A DNA stretch of 64,000 nt from Azolla caroliniana (Eukaryota; Plantae; Polypodiophyta), in NCBI GenBank assembly GCA_043228905.1, contig JBHGNT010000007.1, positions 3,286,001 through 3,350,000 of the forward strand, given 5' to 3'. Both the position numbers and the translations under genes were made by a program. The notes beneath the pieces are model-generated. The model ran no database searches and was not told where the DNA came from. It saw only the letters and a list, made by a program, of their open reading frames with translations. Shown in pieces: positions 12,282 through 23,887 of the stretch; within the stretch, counting starts at the first letter, position 1; each line of letters begins with the position of its first letter.

Positions 12282-12317
<36 letters not shown>
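12282..12317. repeat. (CT)n microsatellite in G1 LTR
   Basis: Read directly. Confidence 0.9.
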
Positions 12318-12319
<2 letters not shown>

Positions 12320-13526
12320 TGGTCCAAGGCCCCCATGGTCCCGCCTCTTCCTACATGCACGCGTGAAACTTTGCGACAACGTACTTCTCTTGTGACAACC
12401 ACAATAGCTTCTTCGTCCGGTTCCGGACTACGTGCATCTCCAATATCTGTCGCGCCGGACCCAAATCTTTCATTGAGAAGGTCCAGTTCAAGGCCCTCTT
12501 CAGATTCTTGCATTTGGTTCGTCCGGTCTGACAATCAACATGTCATCCACATATAGTAAGAGTATCAGGAAGTCTCCTCCATCGAAATTCTTCATAAATA
12601 CACAGTCACAAACTCACACCTCTTTGTATCCACCACACTCACACTTACAATCACACTCATAATCGTATAAGATTACACATACATATCAACACATTACATC
12701 TTTCACCATCACTTATCAATCACCTGTACATCTCGTACGGTAATAGGGCAAAGATCTCATCGAAATCCACTCCTTTCTTTTGCTGGAAGCCCTTCACAAC
12801 AATGTGGGCCTTATACCTTGGTGGATTTCTGGAGTCCCCTGGTTTCAACTTGTACACCCACTTGTTCCGAGCGCTCTCTTTCCCTTCGCCAGCTTTGTCA
12901 GTTCAAATGTGTGGTTCTCATGCATGGAATCCATCTCATCCTGCATGGCACTTAATCACTTGCGGCTATTGTTAGAAATATTTAGAATCAATTAGATAGG
13001 TATATAGAGTTACAACCACAGAGATGGATATATGAAAACAAAACGTCTATTACATATGAGAGTAGCTCACAGTGATAGTTCACCCATGCGCTCACACCTT
13101 AGAGCTTAGATGGGATCTGGACCAGCTCATTACAAAATTAGTGGGGGACTGATGATCAATCAACCACTGTGTAAGAAAGTGGATTATATTCTATGTTTGG
13201 TTTGAGTATAACATTAAATGTGTAAGTCAGTTGATAGTAGTGAAGATATTCCTTTTTTTTGTCAACTGACTTGTCATTTAATATGACCCAACTCCCTAGA
13301 TACAAGCTAGTGCTAGATAGTACTTATCTTGAAGTCAATGACACATACTTCATGTTAGAGTTATGATATAAAGTAAACATATGATAAGGATAAAAGATAG
13401 ATAGATAGAAAGGAGAGAGAGAAAGAAGGGTGCCGATCCACCCGACCACCCCCGAGCAAAGGGATCGAGATGGACTCGAGCCTCGATCGGCGTCCCATAC
13501 CACCATCATGGCGTCGAGTCGTACTT

Positions 13527-14728
13527 GGTTATGCATCCTGACATACATAGCAATGTGACTAAATGTCACCAATGTCAAGTTAACAAAGCCGAGTGACTTA
13601 AAGCCGCATGACTTTTACATCCCTTGGACATTCCCAATAATAAGTGGGAAAGTATATCCATGGATTTTATTGTTAGCCTTCCTCGCACCCAAAAAGGCCA
13701 TGATGCCATCTGGGTTGTGGTTGATAGACTAACTAAAATGGCCAGATTTATTTCTACTAAAACCACGATAACAACTCCTGAATTGGCTTACCAATTCGTT
13801 GACGAGTTATTTCGTTTTTATGGGTTATTGATGAATATTGTGAGTGACAGAGATCCAAAGTTTACTAGTGACTTTTGGACGCAAGTCTTTAAGAAGTTAG
13901 AAACTACATTGAGCATGAGCTCCACGGATCATCCTCAATCCGATGGACAAACAGAACGAGTAAATCAAATTATTGAGGATATGCTTCGAGCATACGTTGG
14001 TGCAAAACCAACAAAATGGGAACATTATCTCCCAATTTTGGAGTTTTCTTATAATAGCTCCAAGCATACGTCGACGGGATATAATCCTTTTATGTTGATG
14101 TATGGTTTTCAGCCATGAGCCCCGATTGATGTTAATATACATCATGATGAGTTGCGAAGTACGCAAAACTTTCTTCGGGATATGCAAGATATGTTGCATA
14201 TTGCACGAGATAATATAAAAAAAGCTCAAGATAGAGCGCGTTTTTACGCCGATCATAATAGGCAACCTCGTGTATTCAACCCTAGATAGAAGGTATTTTT
14301 ATGTGTACCTCACAATTCTAAGACATTATCTACGGGTAAGTGCGCAAAGTTAGCCCCACGGTTTTGTGGACCTTTTCAAGTCCTCAAACACATTGGTTCA
14401 TCAGCCTATCGTCTCGCTCTTCCCGATGGCGTTGAAATTCATCTAGTTTTTCATGTAAGTAGTCTAAAAGAACTTCTAGGTTCTGGCGACAATATAGTTA
14501 CAACTGAAACTCTGGTTACTTCTGAAGAATTATCTTCTAAACCACATGTACTAGAAAGAATTCTGAATGTTAAAACAAAAAATCTGCGTACTAAAATAAT
14601 CCGAGAATTTAAAATTAAATGGATGGATAAATCTATCAAAGATGCCACATGGGAACACGAAAATACTCTTAGAACTAACTTCCCTAACTTTCGATTGCAA
14701 GAGTGCAATGTTTTAAAGAGGGGGAGTA
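13527..14728 (+). pseudogene. pol: Chromovirus (Ty3/Gypsy) integrase fragment with C-terminal chromodomain and PPT
   Basis: CHQCQ; SISMDFIVSLP; IVSDRDPKFTS; HPQSDGQTERVN; FCGPF; ERILNVK...FKIKW...DATWE (chromodomain, ~14551-14690); PPT AAGAGGGGGAGTA. Confidence 0.9.
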
Positions 14729-14735
14729 TGTTACT

Positions 14736-16127
14736 GTTCGGTACAAAGCTCAACTCGTAGCGAAAGGATAAGCTCAGACGCATGGCGTCGACTACGAAGA
14801 GACCTTTGCCCCGGTGGCAAAGATGACGACGGTGCGGACCATAATTGCGATTGCCACGGCGAAAGGGTGGCACCTCCATCAAATGGACGTCAAGAACGCC
14901 TTTCTACAAGGCGAATTAGAAGAGGAGGTGTACATGATTCAACCACCTGGCTTCAACTCGAGCACTCATCCAACAGCCGTATGCCGACTCAAGAAGCCAC
15001 TCTACGGCTTCAAGCAAGCACCGCGTGCTTGGCATTCGAAGATAACGCAATATCTTCATCAAATCGGCTTCCGTATGTCAAAATTGGACAACTCCCTCTA
15101 CATACGAAGCGATTCCGCAAGTCCGATCGTCATCATTTTATATGTGGATGACCTAGTCATTGGAGGTGAGCATCTCGTCGAAATCAATAAAGTCAAATCC
15201 CTCCTTTTCGACAAGTTCGAGATGACGGACATAAAGGAGCTCCACTACTTCCTCGGCATCGAGGTAATTCGGACTCCGGCTGGAATCATGATCTCTCAAC
15301 GGCACTACATCCTCAACTTGTTATACAAGTTCGGGATGGCTGAGTGCAAATCCGCGGCAACCCCGCTCGATCGCAATTTCAAACTAGATGCGAACTCCGG
15401 CACCAAAGCGTGTGAGCCGACTCAGTATCGGCAACTCATCGGGAGTCTCATCTACCTCACGATCACACGACCCGATCTCAGTTATCCGGTCGGTCTCCTT
15501 AGCCAATTCATGCAAACACTGTGTGATACTCACTTGGATTGTGCTAAGTGAGTTCTACGCTATGTGAGCGGCACAATGGATTGCGGCATCCTCTACAAGA
15601 CCGTGATGCCAATACGACTCGAGGGGTACACAGACGCCGATTGGGCCGGCTACAAAGCTGATAGAAGATCAACCTCCAGATTTGTTTTCTCCCTTGGCAG
15701 CGGTGCAATATCCTGGAGTAGCAAGAAGCAGCCTACCGTCGCTCTTTCGAGTACGGAGGCGGAATATAGGGGCGCAGCCGTAGCTGCATGTGAAGCCGTA
15801 TGGCTTAAGAGGATTTTGAAGGATTTGGGTGTTCCCATCAAGGATCCGACTCCCCTTTACTGCGACAATATGAGCAATATTTATGTGGCTCGGAACCCGG
15901 TGTTCCACGCGCAGACAAAGCACATCGAAGTGCACTATCACTTCATCCGAGAGCGCGTTCTAGCTGGCGATGTCGACCTACAACACATTAGCACCAATCT
16001 TCAAACGGCTGACATCTTCACTAAAGCCTTAGGAGCCGACAAGCTATGACAATTCATGACCGATCTTGGTTTGACGATCCCTGACCTGCCAAGCTTGAGG
16101 GGGAGTACTGAAGACATTACGCAATAA
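14736..16127 (+). pseudogene. pol: Ty1/Copia RT-RNaseH fragment
   Basis: VRYKA.LVAKG; QMDVKNAFLQG; ILYVDDL; GYTDADWAG; VALSSTEAEY; TKHIEVHYHFIRE; ADIFTKAL. Confidence 0.93.
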
Positions 16128-16383
16128 CGCGTGAATTCCGCAAGCCGCGCACACTACGCAAGAACGCGTGGATTACGCAACCATGCAACGAAGCCGCGAA
16201 GAGCCGATCTACCGCGCAAAGCCGCGAAGAAAGACACAAGCTGAAGGACAGACTTCGCAACTACGCACAACGCAAGCTGGAGCACGGATTCTGCATCTCC
16301 GAGTCGACGCGGACTCCAGAACGCGAGTTGAAGCGGATTTCGGATACCGTCTGAAACCGACCCGACTTGAGCTTGAGGGGGCA

Positions 16384-16879
16384 TGTTACTCTTACCTTGC
16401 GTATTCTCTGTGTTTCACTCACTCTCACTCACTCTCTCTCTCTCTCTCTTACACACACACATAACTCACATCTCTTCCGCTTCACAAGAATCCATCTCTT
16501 GATTCTTTACAGTTACGGGCATGGCCATATAATATCCCGTGGTGAGAATTTACCGTAGTATTCTATACACGTGGATAAGTGTGAGGGTTAAATGAGAGTG
16601 TAAAGAAGGGGAGGATTACTTTTAATCCTCGGGATTGAGACAACCCGTTAGGCCAAGTGTGAACTTCCCTGGGGGCCTTGGGTATCACTATAAATATGAG
16701 GCCTTGGGTACAACTCGATGCCACGGTGGTGGTATGGGACGCCGATCAAGGCTCGAGCTCGTCTCAATCCCTCCGCTTGGGGGTGGTCGGGTGGATCCAT
16801 ACCCTTCTTTCTCTCTCTCCTTTCTATCTATCTATCTTTTATCCTCATCATGTGCTTACTTTAGATCATAACTCTAACA
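16384..16879 (+). repeat. LTR (TGTTACT...TAACA) after PPT TTGAGGGGGCA
   Basis: PPT at 16373-16383; TGTTA/TAACA termini; TATAAAT near 16689. Confidence 0.8.
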
Positions 16880-17136
16880 CTTAAAGACTTAAGTACATTG
16901 TAACGTGCCCACAAAATATTATAGTTGACTTGATTAGCCAATCCTATTACCTATTTCACTCTTGCCTAAATCCATTGTGTCCTACACATCTATGGTTTCC
17001 TAGATGAACACCTTATTGACGCATGTGATCGAGTTGCACACTAGCCGCTCCCTATTTGGGGCGCTATCACAAAATGTACACTCTAAGAGCACATATGGGC
17101 ATAGATTTACAACTTGGGGCTGATCATTGATTATAT

Positions 17137-17710
17137 TTAACACACCCCCTCAATTGTCAACCCATTGAGTTCACTTGGAATTGGGCCAATTCCTAGTCGT
17201 CGAAGTTGTTGTTGTAGTTGTTCTGCTCCAAGCGCCTTTGTGAAGATATCCGCAACATTTTCTGATGTCGGATAGTACTCAAGCTCCACAGTCTCATCAT
17301 TTATTAGCTCCTGCACATAGTGATATTGAATCTCTACGTGTTTAGTACGTGCATGAAATATGGGGTTCTTGGCAATGGTCATGCAACTCGGATTGTCACA
17401 CCTCAATACCATTATCGTCCTTATTGGAACCGCCACATCCATAAGGATTCTTCTTACCCAAACTACCTCACATGCCGCTATGCATGCTGCTTTGTATTCT
17501 GCCTCCATTGAAGATAGTGCCACTGTTGGTTGTTTTCTACTACTCCATGAAACAACTCCAGAGCCTATTGAAAAACAATATCCAGAAACTGATTTTCTGG
17601 AATCACTATCTTCAGCCCAGTCGGAGTCACAATACCCACTAAGTTCGTCAATTGTTGGCTTGTAGAAGATTCCGTAATTTAAAGTACCCACATTGTACTT
17701 TAATACATGT
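17137..17710 (-). pseudogene. pol: C2 RNaseH end of pol
   Basis: GYCDSDWA; VALSSMEAEY; TKHVEIQYH; ADIFTKAL. Continues from 45539 (HWKATLR|VLKY). Confidence 0.92.
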
Positions 17711-18393
17711 TGTCGTGAAGAAAACCGGCCATAGGCGGAATTGGAGAGAAAGCGCATAAGCCGGCTCTTACACGGATGGACGCGTGACTTGATATTTTGT
17801 ACACGAATCGGTGGATGTAGATACTAAGCAACACACATTTATTAGGGGGATTGTGCGTATCTCTGTCAGGGGGGGTGGACAGGGAATAAAGCAAATTGAC
17901 AGGAGGATGGGGATAAAAAGGAGAAGAGAGAGGGGAGAAAGGGATCGCGCGCTAGGGAGGACGAAGTGCTGCTGCAGATCTAAGTGCTGAGCTCTCTCTT
18001 GTCGTCCGGTCGTCGGTCTCTGTGGGTCGGGAGTTCGCCGCCTCTGCTTCGTGGACAGCCCGTGCGCTTCCAACAGAGGCTCTCCCCCTTTGTTTTGTTT
18101 CTGGGTGTCGAGCGTGTGCTGTCTGTGTGTGTGAGTAGGATCCCCGTGTCGGGTCCATCGCCGCCTTGTCGGTTGTAACTGTCAGAGTCGTGTTCTCTTG
18201 TCATTGTAATCTCTTGTTACTGAAATCAAATGTTACGTTCCATATTTCGCCTTCTCGCTCCGCGTATCTACAAATCTCTCTCTCTCTCCTTGGTTCAAGA
18301 CCCCGTGGTCCCGCCCCTTTCTCCACGCACGCGCGTAACAACGCGACATATTTAGTGAACCCGACGTGAACGGGGTGGCAGAGGAGTCCAAAG

Positions 18394-20499
18394 ATGAGGG
18401 GATTGGAGCTAGCAGAGGCAATGGCGGTGGCCGTCAACTTGTTGATGAGCGCTCGTGAAGGGACGGGTACCCTCGATAGAGCCATTGAATCGATCGTCGG
18501 CTCTATAGGCCGCTTTGGAGGGAAAAACGCCACAAGTTATTTGGAGGCTTACCGGGCCGAAATGATCATGAGGGATATCCCGGTGGACAGGCGGCTGTCC
18601 GGATTCCCTCGGGTGGTGACACCGGGCATACACGCGGGTTGGGAGGAGTTCGAGTTGTAGCTCCTCGAGAAGTATGGGTTTGATGAATCGCTTCGGCTGT
18701 CGAGGCGGGACTTCATGGCGTGGGTGGAAAGCCCCGGGAAGGGGAGGAACACGTCGGTGCTCCTCTAGGAGTTCGAAAAACGGTTCGCGCGGCTGTCGAC
18801 GCTGGACCGGATGGTGCTCGAAACAAGTCGAGTAATACTGTTTGTCAAGTCGGTGGACGTGCTCGACAGGGAAAGGGTGGGTCCCCTATTGGAAACGGAC
18901 GAATGGCTCACGACAGACTTGGCCGTGGTAAAAGGAGTCTGCAGCCGTTTCGACAAACGGCGCGATTGGAGCGACGGAAGCTCGTCGAGGTCGGGGTCGG
19001 TCCCGGCGAGCAGGCACGAGGAGCCGGTATCGGTGCCGGCCTGTAGGAAGAAAGAGATCCGAATCTGGCCAGACTCGGGGTCGGCATCGAACGACGTGGT
19101 CAGAGGCTCCTCTGGAGGAGCGGCTCTGGAGGAGCTGACACAGATGGTGCGCGACCTGCAGATTGCACAGGCCCGGAGAGATAGCGGCGAACAACCTCGC
19201 CACCGAAGGCCGCCGGCTGGGCAGCGGTGCATGTGGTGTGACGCGATCGGTCACATTTAGAAGGAGTGCGCGGATTTCGTCGACGCGCTCAGGACCAACG
19301 TGGTGTACCTCTGGAACGGGCGGGTGCACGGGATCGAGACCCGGAGAGCCCTGGAACTGAATACGGGGCGCGACGGAATGAAGAGGTTGATGGAAGAGGC
19401 CGCGGCACGGCACGTCGAAGCCGTCAACTACTCGGTGTCGGCGGGAATTCGGGTAGGGGGTGATGAGACCCGGAAGGCGAAGGACTTCGGATTCTGGCCG
19501 CTAGTGCTAGAAGGCCTCTCCGGAGTACGACTGAAGAAGGAAGAGGCGGACCGCGCGGAACAACGGGTCCAGGAGGTCACCGATTGGGACAATCCGATCG
19601 AAGAGAAAACGGACTTCGTGGAAGCCGCTTGCCAGAACTACGAGGTTCTGGTGGAGGAAAAACGAGCAGGAAAGGCCGGAGGGGCCGTCCCCCCCCAGAG
19701 GTATGAGACCCGGTTCGGACCGAAACCGACCGGTGCTGGCAACCCAGGTGCGTCGGACGGAAAGAAGCAGGCGGGGTTTCGGTTGAGCACCGAGATCGAA
19801 AGGACCACAGACCTGTGAAAGGTCCTGGAGGAACGTATCCTCGACAGCAAAGGGGAGCTGTCATTGCGGGAGTTGCTGGTATTTACCAAGAGGGAGTTCC
19901 ACGACTCTATCGTAGACTTGGTGAGGCGGAAGAGGCTCTCGACGGAGCCAGAACCGGAGAAACCGGTGGAGGTGCGGACCACGCACCTGGAAGACGAAGC
20001 CCTAGAAGACGAGCTGGCGGGAAGCAACTACAGGAAGCGGCATTGGGCCAGGGCAACGACGGAAACCCTTGTATGGATCGGCAACGTTCTGGAACCGGTG
20101 GTGGCGTTGGTAGACCATGGATTCGAAATCAACCTGATGTGCATGGATTTCTACAAGAAGGGTAAACGGCCGATCAACACCAAGCACGGCTGGAAGATAT
20201 GGGCAGCGACGCGCGCCACGGAAGAACTACATGGGGCTTGTCCGAACGTATGGGTGAAAATCGGCGATGTCGTGATCGACCAGCACTTCTTCGTGTAGGA
20301 GACGTCCTCGCATCCGGTTATACTAGGAGAGCCGTATATCACGGCAGCACGGATGGAGACCAAGGTGCTGGACAACGGTTCAATGTATGCAAGAGTCAAG
20401 AGCCAGGACAGGCGTCACTCGGTCCAGTTCCTAATGGTGCGACCAAACCATGAGCGTAACTGCGAGGCCCTCGGCAGCGAAACCTGAGGGGATTTTTAG
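18394..20499 (+). pseudogene. gag: G3 Gag-protease (multiple stops)
   Basis: MRGLELAEAMA; GRFGGKNATSYL; CMWCDAIGH; VDHGFE; ends GAT TTT TAG at 20491-20499. Confidence 0.9.
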
Positions 20500-23252
20500 A
20501 GAGGGCTATCAAGGCGTGGGGCCGCGATAGTTCGGACACCCGGGAAGAACCCCAAAAAAGTACAGTATGGAAGAAGACCTGTACCATAGGTAGGAAATTT
20601 TGGTTCTCCGACAACGGAGGTTGTACTATGACCGGCGTCAACGGCCAGGAGAGGAAGCGAGCGGAGGAGCGGCTCAGGGGTTGCAGAGTCCTCTTCCCCG
20701 ACGAAGACATCAGCGACGCCGTGGAGGCGGTCTCTTTTGACGACACCTTGGGCGAACTGCGGAAGGTGATCGGTGAAGACCTTAGAGAAGATCGGACCGT
20801 TCCGGTAGGGTCGATGGGAATGTACTAAGTCATCGCGGACTTCGGGGAAAGGATCGGGTCGGATCGGATGGCCCGCGTGGATACAAAGTACAAGACTGTG
20901 GACCGGAAGGTGAGGCCAGTCGCGGCACCCTTGCCGGAGGGCAGCGAGAAGCGGATAAAAGGGGTCGCGTCGGACCCAAGTTTACGGAATCTGGCCGGCA
21001 TAGGGCACCGGTTCACCGATATAACGCTATGGGAGCTCAAGATTGGTGGGGGCGGCTTTCTACTGCCGGCAGAGGAGGACCGGTTTCAGAGAATGCTCGG
21101 GAGGCACGGGAGGGCTTTCGCATTCTCACTGGAGGAGATCGGGTGCGTAGACCCGACATTTGTCGAACAGATGATGATCTTCACGGTACCGCATGTATCG
21201 TGGAACCTCAAGCCGATTCCGTTGCCGAGAGCTCACATCCTGAAGTTGATGGAGCTCCTGAAGCAAAAGGTGGAGATGGGCATCCTCGAACCGTCGAGTG
21301 CCCCGTATTCGAATCGGTGGTTTACGGTGCCGAAGAAGAACGGCACGCTGCGCTTCATTCAGGACCTGCAACCGGTCAACAAGGTGACCATCTGTAATGC
21401 AGGAATCGGACCGACCATAGACGAGTTCGCGGAGGCCTTTGCTGGAAGGTCGATCTATTCTGTCGGTGATTTGTACTCGGGGTACGATCAGTTCCAACTA
21501 GCCGTGGAGAGCAGAGACATTATGACGATGAGGACTCCTCTCGGCCTAGTGCGGATGTGTACCCTGCCACAAGGAGGGACAAACTTGGTGGCTCACATGG
21601 TGAACGCGATGAACAAGGTGCTCAGGGATTGTATACCGGACATCACCATGCCATTCTTAGACGACATCCCGATCAGGGGATGCCCAGTGGAGAAAAAGGA
21701 CGAGGCAATCGGGCCGGACGGATGTCGGAATTTCGTGGCGTCCCACATCGATGACTGCGAGAAGGTGCTGCAGAGACTAGAAGACGCAAGGCTCACCTTC
21801 TCCGTGGAAAAGTCGGCCTTCGGGCAATCAGAGATCATGGTCGTCGGGCACCTGTGCGGACCATACGGTCGGAAACCGTCTCCAGCCAAGGTAGAAGCCA
21901 TCTCCGCGATGAAGCATGACTGCAATTCGGTCATGGAGGTCCGCAGATTCTTGGGAGCATGCGCGTTCTACCACATCTGGATCCCGCACTACACACATGT
22001 CGCAGGACCCCTCTACAGACTATTGAAAAAGGGGCGTAGCTTTGAGTGGAGAACGGAGCACACAGAGTCCGTACGGAGACTAAAGGAGGCGCCTACGGTA
22101 GCGCTGGCTCTCTGTAAAGTGGTTTACGGCAAGGATGTTCCCATCTACGTGACGGTGGACACCAGCCCGACCGGGATTGGATGGGTAATCCATCAGGAGG
22201 ACGAGGACAGCGTACGATTCCCGATCCGGTTCGGGGCGAATGTATTGAGCGAACGGCAGCGAGGATACGCCCAAGTTAAGCGCGAACTTTGGGGTGTCGT
22301 TTCGGCAGTCAAGGCCGACAAGGATTATCTGATCGGGACGGAGGTGATAATCGAGTCGGACTGCCTGTCGATACTCGCCATGGTTTCCGGATGCGCGACG
22401 CCGGACCTAGCAATGCTCCGGTGGATAGCGTACATTAAGTCCCTAAACTCGGAGATACGGGACATCTCCGGAAAGGACAACGCCATGGCCGACATGCTTT
22501 CGAGGGCAAGGCTCAACGACAAAGACGACATGGTTTCGGATGACGAAGAAGTCGGCGAGGACTTCTTCGGGTCGGCTAACGTAACGACGAGGGAAGGGAA
22601 CACTTTGGCGCTTAACAAATTTGACGAAAGCAAGTACGACGGGGAGTGGCTCCAAATCGGGAGGTTCCCACGGACGATGGCCGGACGCAACATGGGCGAG
22701 AGAGGAGGCAAGCCGGATACGGAAGAAGGCGTACCGATTCTTCCTGCGGGACGGGTGCATATGGAGGCACCCTAAGAAGAGAAGCGACATCCCACTCCGA
22801 GTAGTGGCAAAGAAAGAAGAACAGGGGGGACTGCTGGCGGCATTTCATGAGAGCCCCTGGGCCGGACACCGCGGAATGTGGGCCACGTTCGAGAAGCTGA
22901 AGGGAAAGTATTGGTGGCCGGAGCTGTATCAGGACGTGCATCGGTTCGTAACGACTTGCGAAAGCTGTCAGATGCACTCCGTAGTCCGACACCGGGACGA
23001 GCTACACCCGACCTACCCGCCTACGGTCCATTTCAAGTGGATGGTAAACTTGGTGACGATGCCAATGGGGGTAGGACAGATGTGATACCTGGTGCTTGCA
23101 CGGGAAGACTTAACGAACCAGGTGGAAGGCCGTGCACTGCAAAGCAAAACAACGGCGTCGGTATGCCGGTTCCTGATCGAAGAAGTAGTGTGTCGGTACA
23201 GGTGCGTCGGGAGGATCGTGGCAGACCAGGGAAAGCTGGACGCGCGGGAAGC
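20490..23252 (+). pseudogene. pol: G3 RT-RH-IN, 5' part
   Basis: ORF 20868-22775 has RT and RH motifs; IN zinc finger in 22621-23085. Confidence 0.92.
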
Positions 23253-23887
23253 GTTACTACGCGTGTGCATGGGGAAACGAGGCGGGACCACAAGGGTCTT
23301 GAACCGAAGAGCAGGTGATAGAAGGGGAAAAGAGAAGGAGAGAGACGCCCGGTCACGTATGAGCAAAGAAACACAGGGGCGTGGCCCGTCAACACAGAAG
23401 ACGCGAATGGACATAGAGACAGGGACACGCAAGTGTTTGTATATTAACGAATAACAAGTACACAACAGAACACGCGAGCGGCTACAACCGAACAGGCCGA
23501 CGAACAGATGCCCGTGCCTGTTCGTTTGCGCACGAAATGGGGATAGGATGGAGGTGCTGCCGGAAGCACACGGGCGTTCCTCGAAGCAGTGCGAGCCTCC
23601 CGAAACCTGCAGAGAAGAGCAACAGAGAACAAACAGAGGAGAAGCGTTCGGTTCCGGTCCGACAACACTTCGTCCTCCTGAATGCCCGATGCCTTCTCCC
23701 TACGTCTCCCTCTCCTTTATAGCGTCAAGAAGGGAGCCATCTCCCTCATTTACTTCCTACCTACCGAATCTAACTACCCAGGATCTCTCTCTGTACCTAA
23801 TTCTCTATTATATACATTAAGAGCGCGCACACATGAAGGGCCGGTTCATGTGCGCTATTCACCGATTGCGCCAGGGGACGGTTTTCT

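Larger units (their letters stand above)
1..12378 (+). mobile_element. Ty3/Gypsy element G1 (5' end outside window; 3' LTR 4782-5155 + 12092-12378 split by G2)
   Basis: Order is gag CCHC knuckle, PR, RT, RH, IN, then PPT, then an LTR starting TGTCGTGAAG at 4782 and ending CGACA at 12378. Right flank is ACGT. Host is the C1 Copia RT. Confidence 0.93.
13353..16879. mobile_element. Chimeric insertion X: inverted LTR end + chromovirus integrase + Copia RT-RH + LTR
   Basis: About 172-bp inverted termini (13353-13524 vs 16708-16879). 5-bp TSD CTTCA/CTTAA inside the C2 LTR; compare the uninterrupted copy at 49511-49530. Confidence 0.85.

Noticed and set aside
13353-16879. X as a true Ginger or other TIR DNA transposon
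   Set aside because: The inverted ends are the 3' end of a PPT-preceded LTR, the integrase is 5'-truncated, and the TSD is 5 bp. Kept as a chimera unless more copies are found.
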